Source: an uncultured Bacilli bacterium (GTDB taxonomy: Bacteria; Bacillota_I; Bacilli_A; RF39; UBA660). From it: a DNA stretch of 39,363 nt. The notes under the pieces are model-generated. The model saw only the letters and a list, made by a program, of their open reading frames with translations, was not told where the DNA came from and did no database searches. A program made the position numbers and the translations under genes. The stretch lies in the NCBI GenBank assembly GCA_944363665.1, contig CALVUS010000002.1:1-39363 (forward strand), in the 5' to 3' direction. Positions 27,420-37,223 of this stretch are shown here, piece by piece. The stretch's first letter is position 1, and every line of letters begins with the position of its first letter.

Positions 27420-28130
27420 CTACCTCTTTATTTTAAACATAAACTTAACATTACTATTCCAAAATCTTTTTAAGCGTGATGGTTCTATAATTATACGATA
27501 AAGCCATTCTAAATTCAATTTGATAAATAATTTGGGAGCACGTTTTTTAGTACCACTCATTACATCAAATGAGCCACCCACTCCAATATATATTCCTTTA
27601 CTTGCTTTGTCAAAATATTTAGCAATTATTTTTTCTTGATAAGGTATGCCTAAAGCAACCATACATATATCAGGAGTCTTTTTTATAATATCTTTCATTA
27701 TCTTATCACGGTCTTTTACATATCCATTAGAATATCCTAAAATGTTAATATTAGGATATTCTACTTTTATTCTATTTACTAGTTTTTCTATTACCTCTGC
27801 TTTAGCACCAAATAAATAGATTGAATACTTATTTTCATTTGCTAATTTTAACAAATATTCAGCAATATCTATTCCAGTAATTCGCTCAGCAACATTAGTT
27901 CCAACTTTTCTTGCAGCCTTAACAACTGCAATCCCATCTGGAACAAAACTATAATTACCATCCAAAATTTTTTTTAATTCTTTATCATTTTCACTCAGCA
28001 TTAATGTTTCAGGATTAACAGTAATAATAAATCTTTTATGATTATTTTTTAAATCATTAGATAATAATTTAAAATAAGTATTTTTATCTTTTGTATATAA
28101 TTTTTTTAAATATTCTTTCATAGATATCAC
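27420..28130 (-). CDS. tagA: WecB/TagA/CpsF-family glycosyltransferase (GT26; linkage-unit ManNAc-transferase type)
   Basis: Family-typical sequence NPETLM...VPDGIAVVKAAR...LFGAK...GVGGSFDVMSG...RAPKLFIKLNLEWLYRIIIEPSRLKR. The start codon is ambiguous (GTG at 28130 or ATG at 28121). Confidence 0.8.
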   Translation of the reverse strand: MISMKEYLKKLYTKDKNTYFKLLSNDLKNNHKRFIITVNPETLMLSENDKELKKILDGNYSFVPDGIAVVKAARKVGTNVAERITGIDIAEYLLKLANENKYSIYLFGAKAEVIEKLVNRIKVEYPNINILGYSNGYVKDRDKIMKDIIKKTPDICMVALGIPYQEKIIAKYFDKASKGIYIGVGGSFDVMSGTKKRAPKLFIKLNLEWLYRIIIEPSRLKRFWNSNVKFMFKIKR

Positions 28131-28187
28131 TATCCCCTACCTTTTTAAGTACTTATCAATATTACATCGCATCATATCTAAACTATA

Positions 28188-30653
28188 TTATAATATTCTA
28201 TTTTTAGCAATTTTTGTATTTTTATTTTTTTCTTTTAACTCTTTAGTAATAAATTGCAAATATTCTTTTTTTACATTATTAAAACTATACTTATTAGCTG
28301 TAGCTCTAGCATTTTTAGATAATACTTTCTTTTCTTTATTAGTTATATTTAAATATTTTAATATAGTATTAGAATATTCTTTTAAATTCCTATTACTAAT
28401 TAAATAGCCATTACTATTATCTATAACATCTAATATGCCTTTGGCACTATCAAAAGCAATACAAGGAATACCATAACTCATAGCTTCAATTACAACAAGT
28501 CCAAATGATTCTTCAAAAGATGTCATTAAATATAGGGAACTAGACTCTAAATAATCTTTAATAAATGTATATTTTTTAAAACCCCAAAGTTTAATATTTT
28601 TTTCTAAGTGATTTTCTTTAATTAATAATTGTAGATTTTCTTTCTCTGGGCCATCACCAAAAACATTAAGTTTTATTTCAGAATCTTTTTTAACTAGATT
28701 AGCCATAATAGTAACTAAATCAGCAAATCCTTTGATTTTATCAAAGCGACCTATAGCAATCAAATTTTTAGTATTAACTTTTGATAATTCATCATCTTTA
28801 GGATAATAATTTAAAGCAAGAGGTATATAATACATTTTAATATTTACTCTATCCTTATAATTATTCAATAAATTTTTACTTACAGGCATTAAATAATCAA
28901 TATTTTTAAGTTTATTTAATTTTTCTATATATTTATCACTTATATCATATACATGTTGTTCACTAATTTTTAGTGTATCTTTTCTACCATATTTATTTAA
29001 TAACTTACTAAATTCATATCTTGTTGAAATAATTGTTTTTGCATCGCTAGTTATTAAATACTTAATAATTTTACTGTTTTTATTTAATAAAATATAAATT
29101 GATTTGAATCCTTCTTTTAAAGTTTTTATTAAACGAAAATGTTTTAAGTTATCAATAAATTCCTGCCTATTAGAAACTGCATTTAATAAATAAGTTACTT
29201 TAACTTTACTATCTAATTTAAATGGTATTTTATATTCTTGTTTATATAAAGATATTATTTCTACATTATAATTTTGCGATAACATTGAAGCACGTGTTGC
29301 AATAGCATTTTCTACTCCACCATAACCCATGTGTAATGCTAATATGGCTATTTTTTTATTATCTATTTTTTTTCTATTAAAAGCATTTAATTCATTTGCT
29401 AAGAACATACAGTATATTACTACATAAATAGATACTGCTGGAGCCATATAAACATGACCTGCAACAGTTGATATACCTAAACTCATAAGAATCATTAAAA
29501 TATAAAATACACGTTCTTTAGTCAATTTAAATTTATTTTTAATGAGCAAATATGTTAAAAATAAGAATGGTACAAAAAACAAAATGACAGCAATTACTCC
29601 AAAATGATAAAAAATATCTAAAATATCCATTTCAATTAACTTTGTAACATTTATATTATTTATTTCTTCATTATCATTAAACCCTATGCCAAATAATAAC
29701 GTTTCAGTATTAAAATTATTCAAATAAATTTCATTAGTATTTTGTAAAAAATAATTTCGTTGACTAAGTAAACGTAAACCATATTTTTTTATCTTAGTAA
29801 GTAGTGAATCTCCAGGTAATTCTTCACAACCAACACATTCATAAATTTCTTCCGTTTCACTTGGTGTATCTAAAACTGTAAAGAAATTTTTTATAGTATA
29901 ACTTCCAAAATTTATTATTAAAATAACAATAAATATTAATAAACAAGATATAAATGGATTTCTTAAAATCTTTTTATTATGTAAATAGGATATAACTAAT
30001 ACAATAAAACCGCTGATAATTAAACCAAATAAAGTTACTTTAGTACCTACATAACTTATAACTAATAAAATTGGTAATATTCCTAGGAATAAATATTTTC
30101 TTTTATTACTAATAAGTAAATAAGAAAATGGAAATAATAATACTAATATCGTAGATATTTCATTTGCGGCATAAAACCAACCTACCATACCATATAACCC
30201 ATTTTCATAAGTATTAAAACTAGTTCCTGTTAAAATTGGTAGTATCAATAAGGCTGAATAAGTAATTATTGTATAAAGCATTAATTTTTCAATACTATTT
30301 TTGTCAAAACCTATATCATCAAAGATACATAAGAATGCAAAAAAACTAATTGGAAAAAATAAAAATTTAACTAAGTAATTTGTTTCATTAAAAACAACTT
30401 CCAAACTCCAAAACATTGGTTTAGTAACTAAATAACAAATACTAAATATAATACTTAATATTATAAATATAACACTAACTTTCCTATATTTAGACTTAGA
30501 AAAAAATAAAGTATATATTACTAAAAATATTAGTAATAATCCTTTTAATATAGCTCCAATTGATATAGATACATCAGTAAATCTAGTTGTAATTGCACTA
30601 GTAAGATCTATAAATGGCAAAAGGAGAAATATAAAATAAATTAATTTTTTCAT
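28188..30653 (-). CDS. fusion protein: O-antigen polymerase/ligase-like (Wzy_C-type) polytopic membrane domain + GT4 (group 1) glycosyltransferase
   Basis: Residues 1 to about 420 hold 10 or more TM helices with a large external loop. Residues from about 430 to 821 are soluble GT-B, with IAILALHMGYGGVEN and the E-x7-E motif EESFGLVVIEAMSYGIPCIAFD. Confidence 0.7.
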   Translation of the reverse strand: MKKLIYFIFLLLPFIDLTSAITTRFTDVSISIGAILKGLLLIFLVIYTLFFSKSKYRKVSVIFIILSIIFSICYLVTKPMFWSLEVVFNETNYLVKFLFFPISFFAFLCIFDDIGFDKNSIEKLMLYTIITYSALLILPILTGTSFNTYENGLYGMVGWFYAANEISTILVLLFPFSYLLISNKRKYLFLGILPILLVISYVGTKVTLFGLIISGFIVLVISYLHNKKILRNPFISCLLIFIVILIINFGSYTIKNFFTVLDTPSETEEIYECVGCEELPGDSLLTKIKKYGLRLLSQRNYFLQNTNEIYLNNFNTETLLFGIGFNDNEEINNINVTKLIEMDILDIFYHFGVIAVILFFVPFLFLTYLLIKNKFKLTKERVFYILMILMSLGISTVAGHVYMAPAVSIYVVIYCMFLANELNAFNRKKIDNKKIAILALHMGYGGVENAIATRASMLSQNYNVEIISLYKQEYKIPFKLDSKVKVTYLLNAVSNRQEFIDNLKHFRLIKTLKEGFKSIYILLNKNSKIIKYLITSDAKTIISTRYEFSKLLNKYGRKDTLKISEQHVYDISDKYIEKLNKLKNIDYLMPVSKNLLNNYKDRVNIKMYYIPLALNYYPKDDELSKVNTKNLIAIGRFDKIKGFADLVTIMANLVKKDSEIKLNVFGDGPEKENLQLLIKENHLEKNIKLWGFKKYTFIKDYLESSSLYLMTSFEESFGLVVIEAMSYGIPCIAFDSAKGILDVIDNSNGYLISNRNLKEYSNTILKYLNITNKEKKVLSKNARATANKYSFNNVKKEYLQFITKELKEKNKNTKIAKNRIL

Positions 30654-31612
30654 TTTATTTTTCTCCTTTCTTTTTTATTATAAATTGAACAATAAACTTT
30701 TGTTAATATTTTACTAGATTTTACCTTTCTTTTCAACCATGAAAACTTTTTTAAATAATTACATTGCTTCCAATTTGCATCTAATTCATCTAAATAATTA
30801 AATGCTATATCAATGAATTTATTCCTTAATTCCGTATCATTTATATATCTTTGTTGAATTGTATAATCAGTTAAAACCATTACGATAGTATTAACCATCG
30901 CATCATGTAAATAGTCATATTTTTTTAAATCATTTACCATAATATCAGTTATTTTTAAAATATCAAATATTTTTTCATCTCTAGTTGTAGTTTCACTATT
31001 TTCATGAATAACATAATGTGCTAAGCATTCATCAATTTTTCCTATTTTTTTAGCATTCAATAATAGTTTTACTACTAAAGGTGCATCCTCATATTTTAAA
31101 TTTTCCACAAATCTATTTTCTTTATTTTTAAATAAACTACGTTTGTATATTTTGTTACATGGACCCAAATTAACTAATGTTAAAATATCTGGATTTTCTT
31201 TTAATGATGCATCTTTAAATGTAGGAAATCTTATTTCTTTTAAACCTTCAAAGCGGTCTTCATAATAATCACAGATAACGATATCACATTTATCTTTTAG
31301 AGCTTTTTCATACATTACTTCACAAAAATTTGGTTCAACATAATCATCAGAATCGATAAATGATAGATACTCACCAGTAGCAGTATCAATTCCTAAATTA
31401 CGAGTCTTCCCTATCCCTTCATTTTTCTTAGAAATATATTTGATTCTCTTATCTTTATATTTTTTGATTATACTTTCAGACTCATCTGTTGAGCCATCAT
31501 TTATTAAAATAATTTCTATATCTTCTAAAGTTTGATGTAATAGTGATTTAATACACCCATTTAAATATTTACTGGTATTATATACGGGTACGATAATACT
31601 TACTTTATTCAT
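30650..31612 (-). CDS. family 2 glycosyltransferase
   Basis: VSIIVPVYNTSKYL...ILINDGSTDES...FIDSDDY (GT-A fold, DxD). ATG at 31612 lies after GAGGT, 2 nt past the upstream stop. Confidence 0.85.
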   Translation of the reverse strand: MNKVSIIVPVYNTSKYLNGCIKSLLHQTLEDIEIILINDGSTDESESIIKKYKDKRIKYISKKNEGIGKTRNLGIDTATGEYLSFIDSDDYVEPNFCEVMYEKALKDKCDIVICDYYEDRFEGLKEIRFPTFKDASLKENPDILTLVNLGPCNKIYKRSLFKNKENRFVENLKYEDAPLVVKLLLNAKKIGKIDECLAHYVIHENSETTTRDEKIFDILKITDIMVNDLKKYDYLHDAMVNTIVMVLTDYTIQQRYINDTELRNKFIDIAFNYLDELDANWKQCNYLKKFSWLKRKVKSSKILTKVYCSIYNKKERRKIK

Positions 31613-31614
31613 TA

Positions 31615-32544
31615 CTACCTCGCTATACAATGATAAAAGAAATAAGCATTTTTCTTAATTAGTAAATTTCTAATTCTAGTTTTGATACTTCCTCCATGCA
31701 AATGACTAAAACACTTATTTTCTTTTAATACTTTATAATATTTTTTATAATCTTTATATTCTAATCTAGTAGAATAATAAATCAGTGAATTATTGAGAAA
31801 TGCAATTATCAATTCTTTATTTGGAATATCTTTTAATCTACTTTTTAAAAATGCCGATTGCACTAACATATCATTCATTTTCTTTATTTTTTTTGAATAA
31901 TCTGGATTAGTCATTAAGCTATTTTCTCTTTGAACATAATTATAGCCAATATAATTTAACGATTTAACCTTTTGAGCTTTAGCTATAACTAGAGGAATCA
32001 AACCATAATCTTCAGCTATACAACCTTCCATAAACTTATAATTATTTTTTTTATAATATTTGGCATTATAGCAATAACTCCAAGCATTTTCAATATAATG
32101 ATATTTAAATATTTTATTAAAAGCACTTACTCCATCAGTAGTAGCAAAGCCAACTTCTGGATGTTTAATTATTTTGCCATCAATAACGTCTTGAATTTGA
32201 AAGCGAATTAAATCTGGTTTATCTTTTAATTTAGTATTTAATGTTTCTAATAGGATTTCTTCAAAAAAGTCATCACCATCTAAGAAAAGAATGTATTCAC
32301 CACTTGATGCTTCAACGCCGAGATTACGAGCCTTACTAAGACCAGTTTTTTCTGCATAAATTTTGTTAAATTTCTTGTGTTTTTTTACATATTCATCAAC
32401 AATTGATTCGCTATTATCACTACACTTATCACAAACAATTATTACTTCATAGTTTTTATATGTCTGATTTATTACACTATCTAAACATTTATGTAAATAC
32501 TTTTCAACATTATAAACAGGTATTATTATACTAAACTTTGCCAT
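31615..32544 (-). CDS. family 2 glycosyltransferase
   Basis: FSIIIPVYNVEKYL...IIVCDKCSDNS...FLDGDDF (GT-A fold, DxD). Confidence 0.85.
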   Translation of the reverse strand: MAKFSIIIPVYNVEKYLHKCLDSVINQTYKNYEVIIVCDKCSDNSESIVDEYVKKHKKFNKIYAEKTGLSKARNLGVEASSGEYILFLDGDDFFEEILLETLNTKLKDKPDLIRFQIQDVIDGKIIKHPEVGFATTDGVSAFNKIFKYHYIENAWSYCYNAKYYKKNNYKFMEGCIAEDYGLIPLVIAKAQKVKSLNYIGYNYVQRENSLMTNPDYSKKIKKMNDMLVQSAFLKSRLKDIPNKELIIAFLNNSLIYYSTRLEYKDYKKYYKVLKENKCFSHLHGGSIKTRIRNLLIKKNAYFFYHCIAR

Positions 32545-32551
32545 TATCTCC

Positions 32552-35500
32552 TCATTTACTATCTGCTATTATTATTTTAGCATTGTTTATAAAATTCTTA
32601 GTAAAATTATTTTGAATCTTAGTTTCTTTACTTAAAAATTTATTAATATTCTCACTTAATTTATCAATATCTTTGTCAATAAATATGATACTATTATTAT
32701 TTTTTAACATATCAGTAAATTCTTTTAATTTATAATTATAAGCACTGATAACTATACATGGAGTATTAGTTATTAAAGAAAATATTAAACCGTGTAAACG
32801 ATCAGTAACAACTAATTTATGTTTGGCAAAACTTTTAAGTTGTTCATAAACAACATAATTTCTTTGATCTTTTTTAATATCTGTTGCCCAAAGATTGTTA
32901 GTAAAGCTGTAGTCTTTATCAAAAGATTTAATTATTTTAAATATTTCTTCATAAGTTTTTTTATCTAAACCACTTTCATCATTTAAATCTCTTAAACAGC
33001 ACAATATACCATCACGACTATAACCAAAATTAAAGTTTAAATTAAGGGCTGAATCTAATGATTCATAACACTTAGCATTTGGAAAATTCTTTTTAGCAAA
33101 TTCTAAACTGATATGTCCACGAGTAAATATTGTGAGATTGGAATGATTATTATAAATTCTTTTACTAATTTCTAATTCAGCATCATCAGTAAAGTAAATT
33201 GTTTGAGGTAATATTACAATCTTATTATTAGGAAAATTTTCAATTATAGTTCTTCTGACATTTTCTTCTGTTTTAAATTTATTGCCTAAATTACCTCCCC
33301 CCTGTAAAAATATTAAATCATCACTATTTATAATATTTTCTAAATAAGGTAATATATCATTAAATTCGTAAGTAGATACTTCGATTAATTTGTAATCACT
33401 AAAATATTTTCTAATAAACTCATATTCCCCAAAAGTGATAGCAGCATCACCAATATTGCTATGTTCACTGGTGCCAATTAAAATGATTTTCTTTGCAAAA
33501 TACAAATTAGATAAAGTTTCATCTCTTATAAAGTCATACTTTTTCTCTAAATCATAAAGTTGGTCATGTAATAATCTGATTTGATTATTTAAATCGTCAA
33601 ATTTTTCATGTGCTTTATTAAAATTTATATTAACTTCATTTAATATTTTTTGATTTTCATTCTTTTTTTCATGTTGGTCATGTAATAATCTGATTTGATT
33701 ATTTAAATCGTCAAATTTTTCATGTGCTTTATTAAAATTTATATTAACTTCATTTAATATTTGTTGATTTTCATTCTTTTTTTCATTAAATAGCTTTTGA
33801 TTTACTAAATTATCATTTACTGCCTCCGCCATAATATTGTAAAAAACTCTTTTGAATGGACGATAAACTGGGCCCAATATTTTTTGCTTTAAAGATTTAT
33901 CTTTACCTCTATCTAAATTTCCGACTGTTGATTTTTTTATTACTATATCTTTCATGTAGCCATTTTCAGCTTCAAAAAGACGTAAATCAAAGACTTTTTC
34001 TAGACATCTGCTATCATAGATTTTTTTCTTATCATTGTTTTTTAATGCTTCGTTAAATATGTTATTCAATCTAACCAATTCTTCACTACTTACTTTACCA
34101 TTCCAAGGAGCAACTATATTTAAATCTTCTTCAGTTAGTGCAACGTCCAATCTGGCAAAATTTTTCTTTACTAATTCGCGCATCATATCAATAGTTTTTT
34201 GATTTTGACCAGCAGAACCTGCATGCCAACGGTGGTAATATAAAACTTCTGGAATACTACCTACTTTCATACCTTTATCAAAGCATCTTAACCAAAGTTC
34301 CCAGTCTTCAACATGACTTCTAGTTTCATCATACCATAAATTATTGGCTTCAAAAAATTTTTTACGAAACATTATTGTCGGATGATTAAATGGACAAGTG
34401 AATATACTCCAAGCATGAGACATTTCTCCTTCAAAAGATATTCTTTCTTCATTCATATCTCCAAAATATTCAAAATTAGAAGTTACTAAATCGATACCTT
34501 TATGTTCATTTAAATATTTAACCTGTTTGTAAAGACGAGTTTTAGCAACCCGATCATCATCATCAATACGTGCAATATAATCAGCTTGAGCATTTTTTAT
34601 GCCTATATTTAAACTTTTAGCTATTCCAGCCCTTTCTTCATTAATAATTAAATTAATACGTGCATCATCATATTTTTTTAACAATTTTATAAGTTCATCA
34701 TTGTCTTTACCATCAACTACTAAAATTATTTCAAAATTATCATATTGAAAGCCATATTCTTGTTCTTGTTTTACAAGTAGATCATTAAGAACTTGAGCAA
34801 AATATTCAATATTAGGTTTATACATTGGAATAACAACTGATACATCCGGCTTTATTTTACCGAAACAATCACTTCCTCCAAGATTTAACCATTCTTTATA
34901 ATATTCATACCATTTAGGATAAGTTTTAAACAAATACCAACTTTTCCAAAATTTGCGGGCACCCCAAGCATGAACAATTTTAGCATTACTAGAATCTCTT
35001 TTATAACTTGGATAAAAGCAATATGCACCATTTTCACCCACACTAGCAACAGCAACATTAAATTCTTGGATTAAAATATTTAAGATTCCTTGGTCTGGCA
35101 AAACTAAATAATCGGCATATTCAATAGTTTTATCAAAACACCATTTAGTCATTTTGTCGTAATTCTTTAAAGTATCTGCTACTGTTATTAAGCCAGAACT
35201 CATGTTATACTTATTCATATCATAATTAGATAAAGGCATTTTAAAACTTGTTTTAACAGTATCAGTTACTTTATAGGACTTGTTTTCTGGATCTTCAAAA
35301 TTAGCTGACATACCATTTTCTTTGGCTTTATCAATTATTGAATCTAGTTTGCCACATATTAAAACATCTGTATCTAGCCATGTGATTGTTTCATATTCAT
35401 TTAATAAATCAAACATATAATATCTCGCAAACATAAGTGGCGAAAATTTTTCAAATGCTGGCAAAGACTTAATATTATCTGGTAATTCATAATCAAATTT

Positions 35501-35680
35501 AATAAATCTACAAGGCATTAAATTTTCCATTATTTTTTTGTCTTTTTCATTTATTTTTTCATAATAGATGATTGCTTCATCAAATAATCCTTTATTAGTT
35601 TCTTTTAATTGTACTAGCAAATTGCCAATCAAAGCCGGTCTGGTATCAGCTATCATTATTGCATTTTTTTTCTTTTTCAT
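32552..35680 (-). CDS. trifunctional glycopolymer enzyme: GT8 + GT2 + coiled coil + polysaccharide pyruvyl transferase (CsaB/PS_pyruv_trans)
   Basis: GT8 domain: WLDTDVLICG, LPDQGILNIL, HAWGARKFW. GT2 domain: VSVVIPMYKPN...ILVVDG...ARIDDDD. Coiled coil at about residues 620-710, carrying a 38-aa duplication. Pyruvyl transferase domain: IGTSEHSNIGDAAI...LQGGGNLGN...VTDRLHGLIFSLITNTPCIVI. Confidence 0.8.
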   Translation of the reverse strand: MKKKKNAIMIADTRPALIGNLLVQLKETNKGLFDEAIIYYEKINEKDKKIMENLMPCRFIKFDYELPDNIKSLPAFEKFSPLMFARYYMFDLLNEYETITWLDTDVLICGKLDSIIDKAKENGMSANFEDPENKSYKVTDTVKTSFKMPLSNYDMNKYNMSSGLITVADTLKNYDKMTKWCFDKTIEYADYLVLPDQGILNILIQEFNVAVASVGENGAYCFYPSYKRDSSNAKIVHAWGARKFWKSWYLFKTYPKWYEYYKEWLNLGGSDCFGKIKPDVSVVIPMYKPNIEYFAQVLNDLLVKQEQEYGFQYDNFEIILVVDGKDNDELIKLLKKYDDARINLIINEERAGIAKSLNIGIKNAQADYIARIDDDDRVAKTRLYKQVKYLNEHKGIDLVTSNFEYFGDMNEERISFEGEMSHAWSIFTCPFNHPTIMFRKKFFEANNLWYDETRSHVEDWELWLRCFDKGMKVGSIPEVLYYHRWHAGSAGQNQKTIDMMRELVKKNFARLDVALTEEDLNIVAPWNGKVSSEELVRLNNIFNEALKNNDKKKIYDSRCLEKVFDLRLFEAENGYMKDIVIKKSTVGNLDRGKDKSLKQKILGPVYRPFKRVFYNIMAEAVNDNLVNQKLFNEKKNENQQILNEVNINFNKAHEKFDDLNNQIRLLHDQHEKKNENQKILNEVNINFNKAHEKFDDLNNQIRLLHDQLYDLEKKYDFIRDETLSNLYFAKKIILIGTSEHSNIGDAAITFGEYEFIRKYFSDYKLIEVSTYEFNDILPYLENIINSDDLIFLQGGGNLGNKFKTEENVRRTIIENFPNNKIVILPQTIYFTDDAELEISKRIYNNHSNLTIFTRGHISLEFAKKNFPNAKCYESLDSALNLNFNFGYSRDGILCCLRDLNDESGLDKKTYEEIFKIIKSFDKDYSFTNNLWATDIKKDQRNYVVYEQLKSFAKHKLVVTDRLHGLIFSLITNTPCIVISAYNYKLKEFTDMLKNNNSIIFIDKDIDKLSENINKFLSKETKIQNNFTKNFINNAKIIIADSK
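33560..33787. repeat. 114-bp x 2 near-perfect in-frame tandem duplication inside the coiled-coil linker
   Basis: Copy 33560..33673 and copy 33674..33787 differ at about 2 positions. They encode KKNENQ(Q/K)ILNEVNINFNKAHEKFDDLNNQIRLLHDQ twice. Confidence 0.9.
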
Positions 35681-35715
35681 AATTTACTCCAATTTCTCTA
35701 ACTTTTTACATTTTA

Positions 35716-35745
35716 ATTATAACAATTTTTTTATTATTATGTCAA
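35716..35745 (-). promoter_or_regulatory. sigma-A-type promoter for the 32552..35680 gene
   Basis: The minus strand has TTGACA (35740..35745), an 18-nt spacer, then an extended -10 TGtTATAAT (TATAAT at 35716..35721), about 35 nt upstream of the ATG. Confidence 0.5.
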
Positions 35746-35766
35746 AAAAATGGCATTTTAGCCATT
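35743..35766 (-). terminator. weak intrinsic terminator after the radical-SAM gene
   Basis: The minus strand reads AATGGC-TAAAAT-GCCATT followed by TTTTTTG. The stem is only 6 bp. Confidence 0.35.
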
Positions 35767-37207
35767 ATTTTCCTAGTTCAGTTACTAATATTACTTTTGT
35801 TTTCAATTTTTTATTAATTTGTCTTTTTATTTTTCCAAAATTTAAAATATCTGCAACTAAAACAGCATCAACGTTGGGAATACTATCATACAAATTTAAA
35901 ACTGGTATTTCATGTCTTCGTAATATTTTTTTACCTAAATATTTACATTTATGAACGATAGACGTTTTTATATTAGGATTAGTTTCTGTATAGTTAGGTG
36001 AAATGATACATTTCACCTTGATGGATGTGTGTAACAATCCATCAACTAAACTTTCTTGATATTTTGCATTTTCGTAAATTGCTATGCTTTTGATTTCTTC
36101 CTTTTTAAAAATATTTTCTAGTGCTTCTGAAAATTTAGCACTATTACCATATTTGTTATTAAATTCTATATCACGATACCAATTTATTATCTCTTTTCGA
36201 TCACTAGCGTATTCTTTGTTACTTTCATTGAACCTGGATTCCATAAAATATTTCATTTCAGGTTGAAGCCATTCTTTGCCATCTTTAGTCTTTCTGTTTC
36301 TTATTTCTGAATATTTAGGAGCTTTAAATCCCGGAATTGTTCCATAAGTAAGTAATACATGGGAAGCAAAACAATGTTCCCATGGACATTTATTTCCTAT
36401 TGCTAAAAAATGAATCGGTTCATTGACATCTTCAAAAATGTTTTGAATGACTGGCCCACCAGCAAAACAAGGGGTTAAATTACCACTTTCTAAATATAGA
36501 TTTAATTCCCAATCCCCTGCATAGCAAAATTCACATCTTTTTTTGCCCCATACTGTATCTTGAAATTTAATAACTGGAGTATCAAACTTATTCCAGTTTT
36601 TCATGTGTTCTTTATTGGATAGTTTAGTTAATTTTTTATAACCATCATTATTATCTCTAGATTCGATTATATGAGGTTTAGCTCCACAATTATCAATGCA
36701 CTTTTTAGTTATTTCATCAATATAAGGAATAGACTCATCATTAGCCGTTAATTCTACAGTATATGATATACCTGAATCACGTACCATTTTCACATTTTCA
36801 AAAAATGTATCTAATAGATTTTGTCTTTTTAATTCTAAGAATTGATAAGAAAATTTAAAAAATAATCTTTTTTTCTTATCTTCATTTAACTCACAATATT
36901 CTTTTATTTTATTGGTAATCGATCCATTAGTTACGATAGCCACATAATGACCATTATCTAAAGTTCTATTAACTAATTCAAATAAATATGGTGCTAAAAG
37001 TGTTTCACCGACAGCACAATAATTAACTAGGCAAGTTCCTCCCAATCTATCTTTGGTGATTGCTTTTTGAATTGTATCTAGATCATATTGCAATTTTGGA
37101 ATATTTTGGTCAAAAGCATTTGTTTGAGCCAAATAACAGTAATGACATTTAAAATTGCATACCGTTATAGGAATTACTACATTAATTAATCTTTTTATTT
37201 TATCCAT
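35765..37207 (-). CDS. radical SAM enzyme with a Cys-rich auxiliary region and an extra C-terminal alpha/beta domain of about 110 aa
   Basis: CxxxCxxC motif (VCNFKCHYCY), a GGE-like motif (AVGETLL), and VTNGS. Later cysteines are RCEFCY...TPCF...NKCPWEHCF. ATG at 37207 lies 6 nt after AGGAGG; the ORF-track start at 37243 overlaps gtrA. Confidence 0.8.
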   Translation of the reverse strand: MDKIKRLINVVIPITVCNFKCHYCYLAQTNAFDQNIPKLQYDLDTIQKAITKDRLGGTCLVNYCAVGETLLAPYLFELVNRTLDNGHYVAIVTNGSITNKIKEYCELNEDKKKRLFFKFSYQFLELKRQNLLDTFFENVKMVRDSGISYTVELTANDESIPYIDEITKKCIDNCGAKPHIIESRDNNDGYKKLTKLSNKEHMKNWNKFDTPVIKFQDTVWGKKRCEFCYAGDWELNLYLESGNLTPCFAGGPVIQNIFEDVNEPIHFLAIGNKCPWEHCFASHVLLTYGTIPGFKAPKYSEIRNRKTKDGKEWLQPEMKYFMESRFNESNKEYASDRKEIINWYRDIEFNNKYGNSAKFSEALENIFKKEEIKSIAIYENAKYQESLVDGLLHTSIKVKCIISPNYTETNPNIKTSIVHKCKYLGKKILRRHEIPVLNLYDSIPNVDAVLVADILNFGKIKRQINKKLKTKVILVTELGK

Positions 37208-37223
37208 ATATTTCCTCCTGATT

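Noticed and set aside
22740-33787. Tandem repeats (20 bp x 2 at 22740 and 114 bp x 2 at 33560) considered as CRISPR-like arrays
   Set aside because: There are only two directly abutting copies with no spacers. One is coding and in frame, and there are no cas genes.
35568-35954. 128-aa plus-strand ORF bridging the intergenic region between the trifunctional enzyme and radical-SAM genes
   Set aside because: It is antisense to both flanking genes and Phe/Ile/Ser-rich. The intergenic part is better explained by a minus-strand terminator plus promoter.
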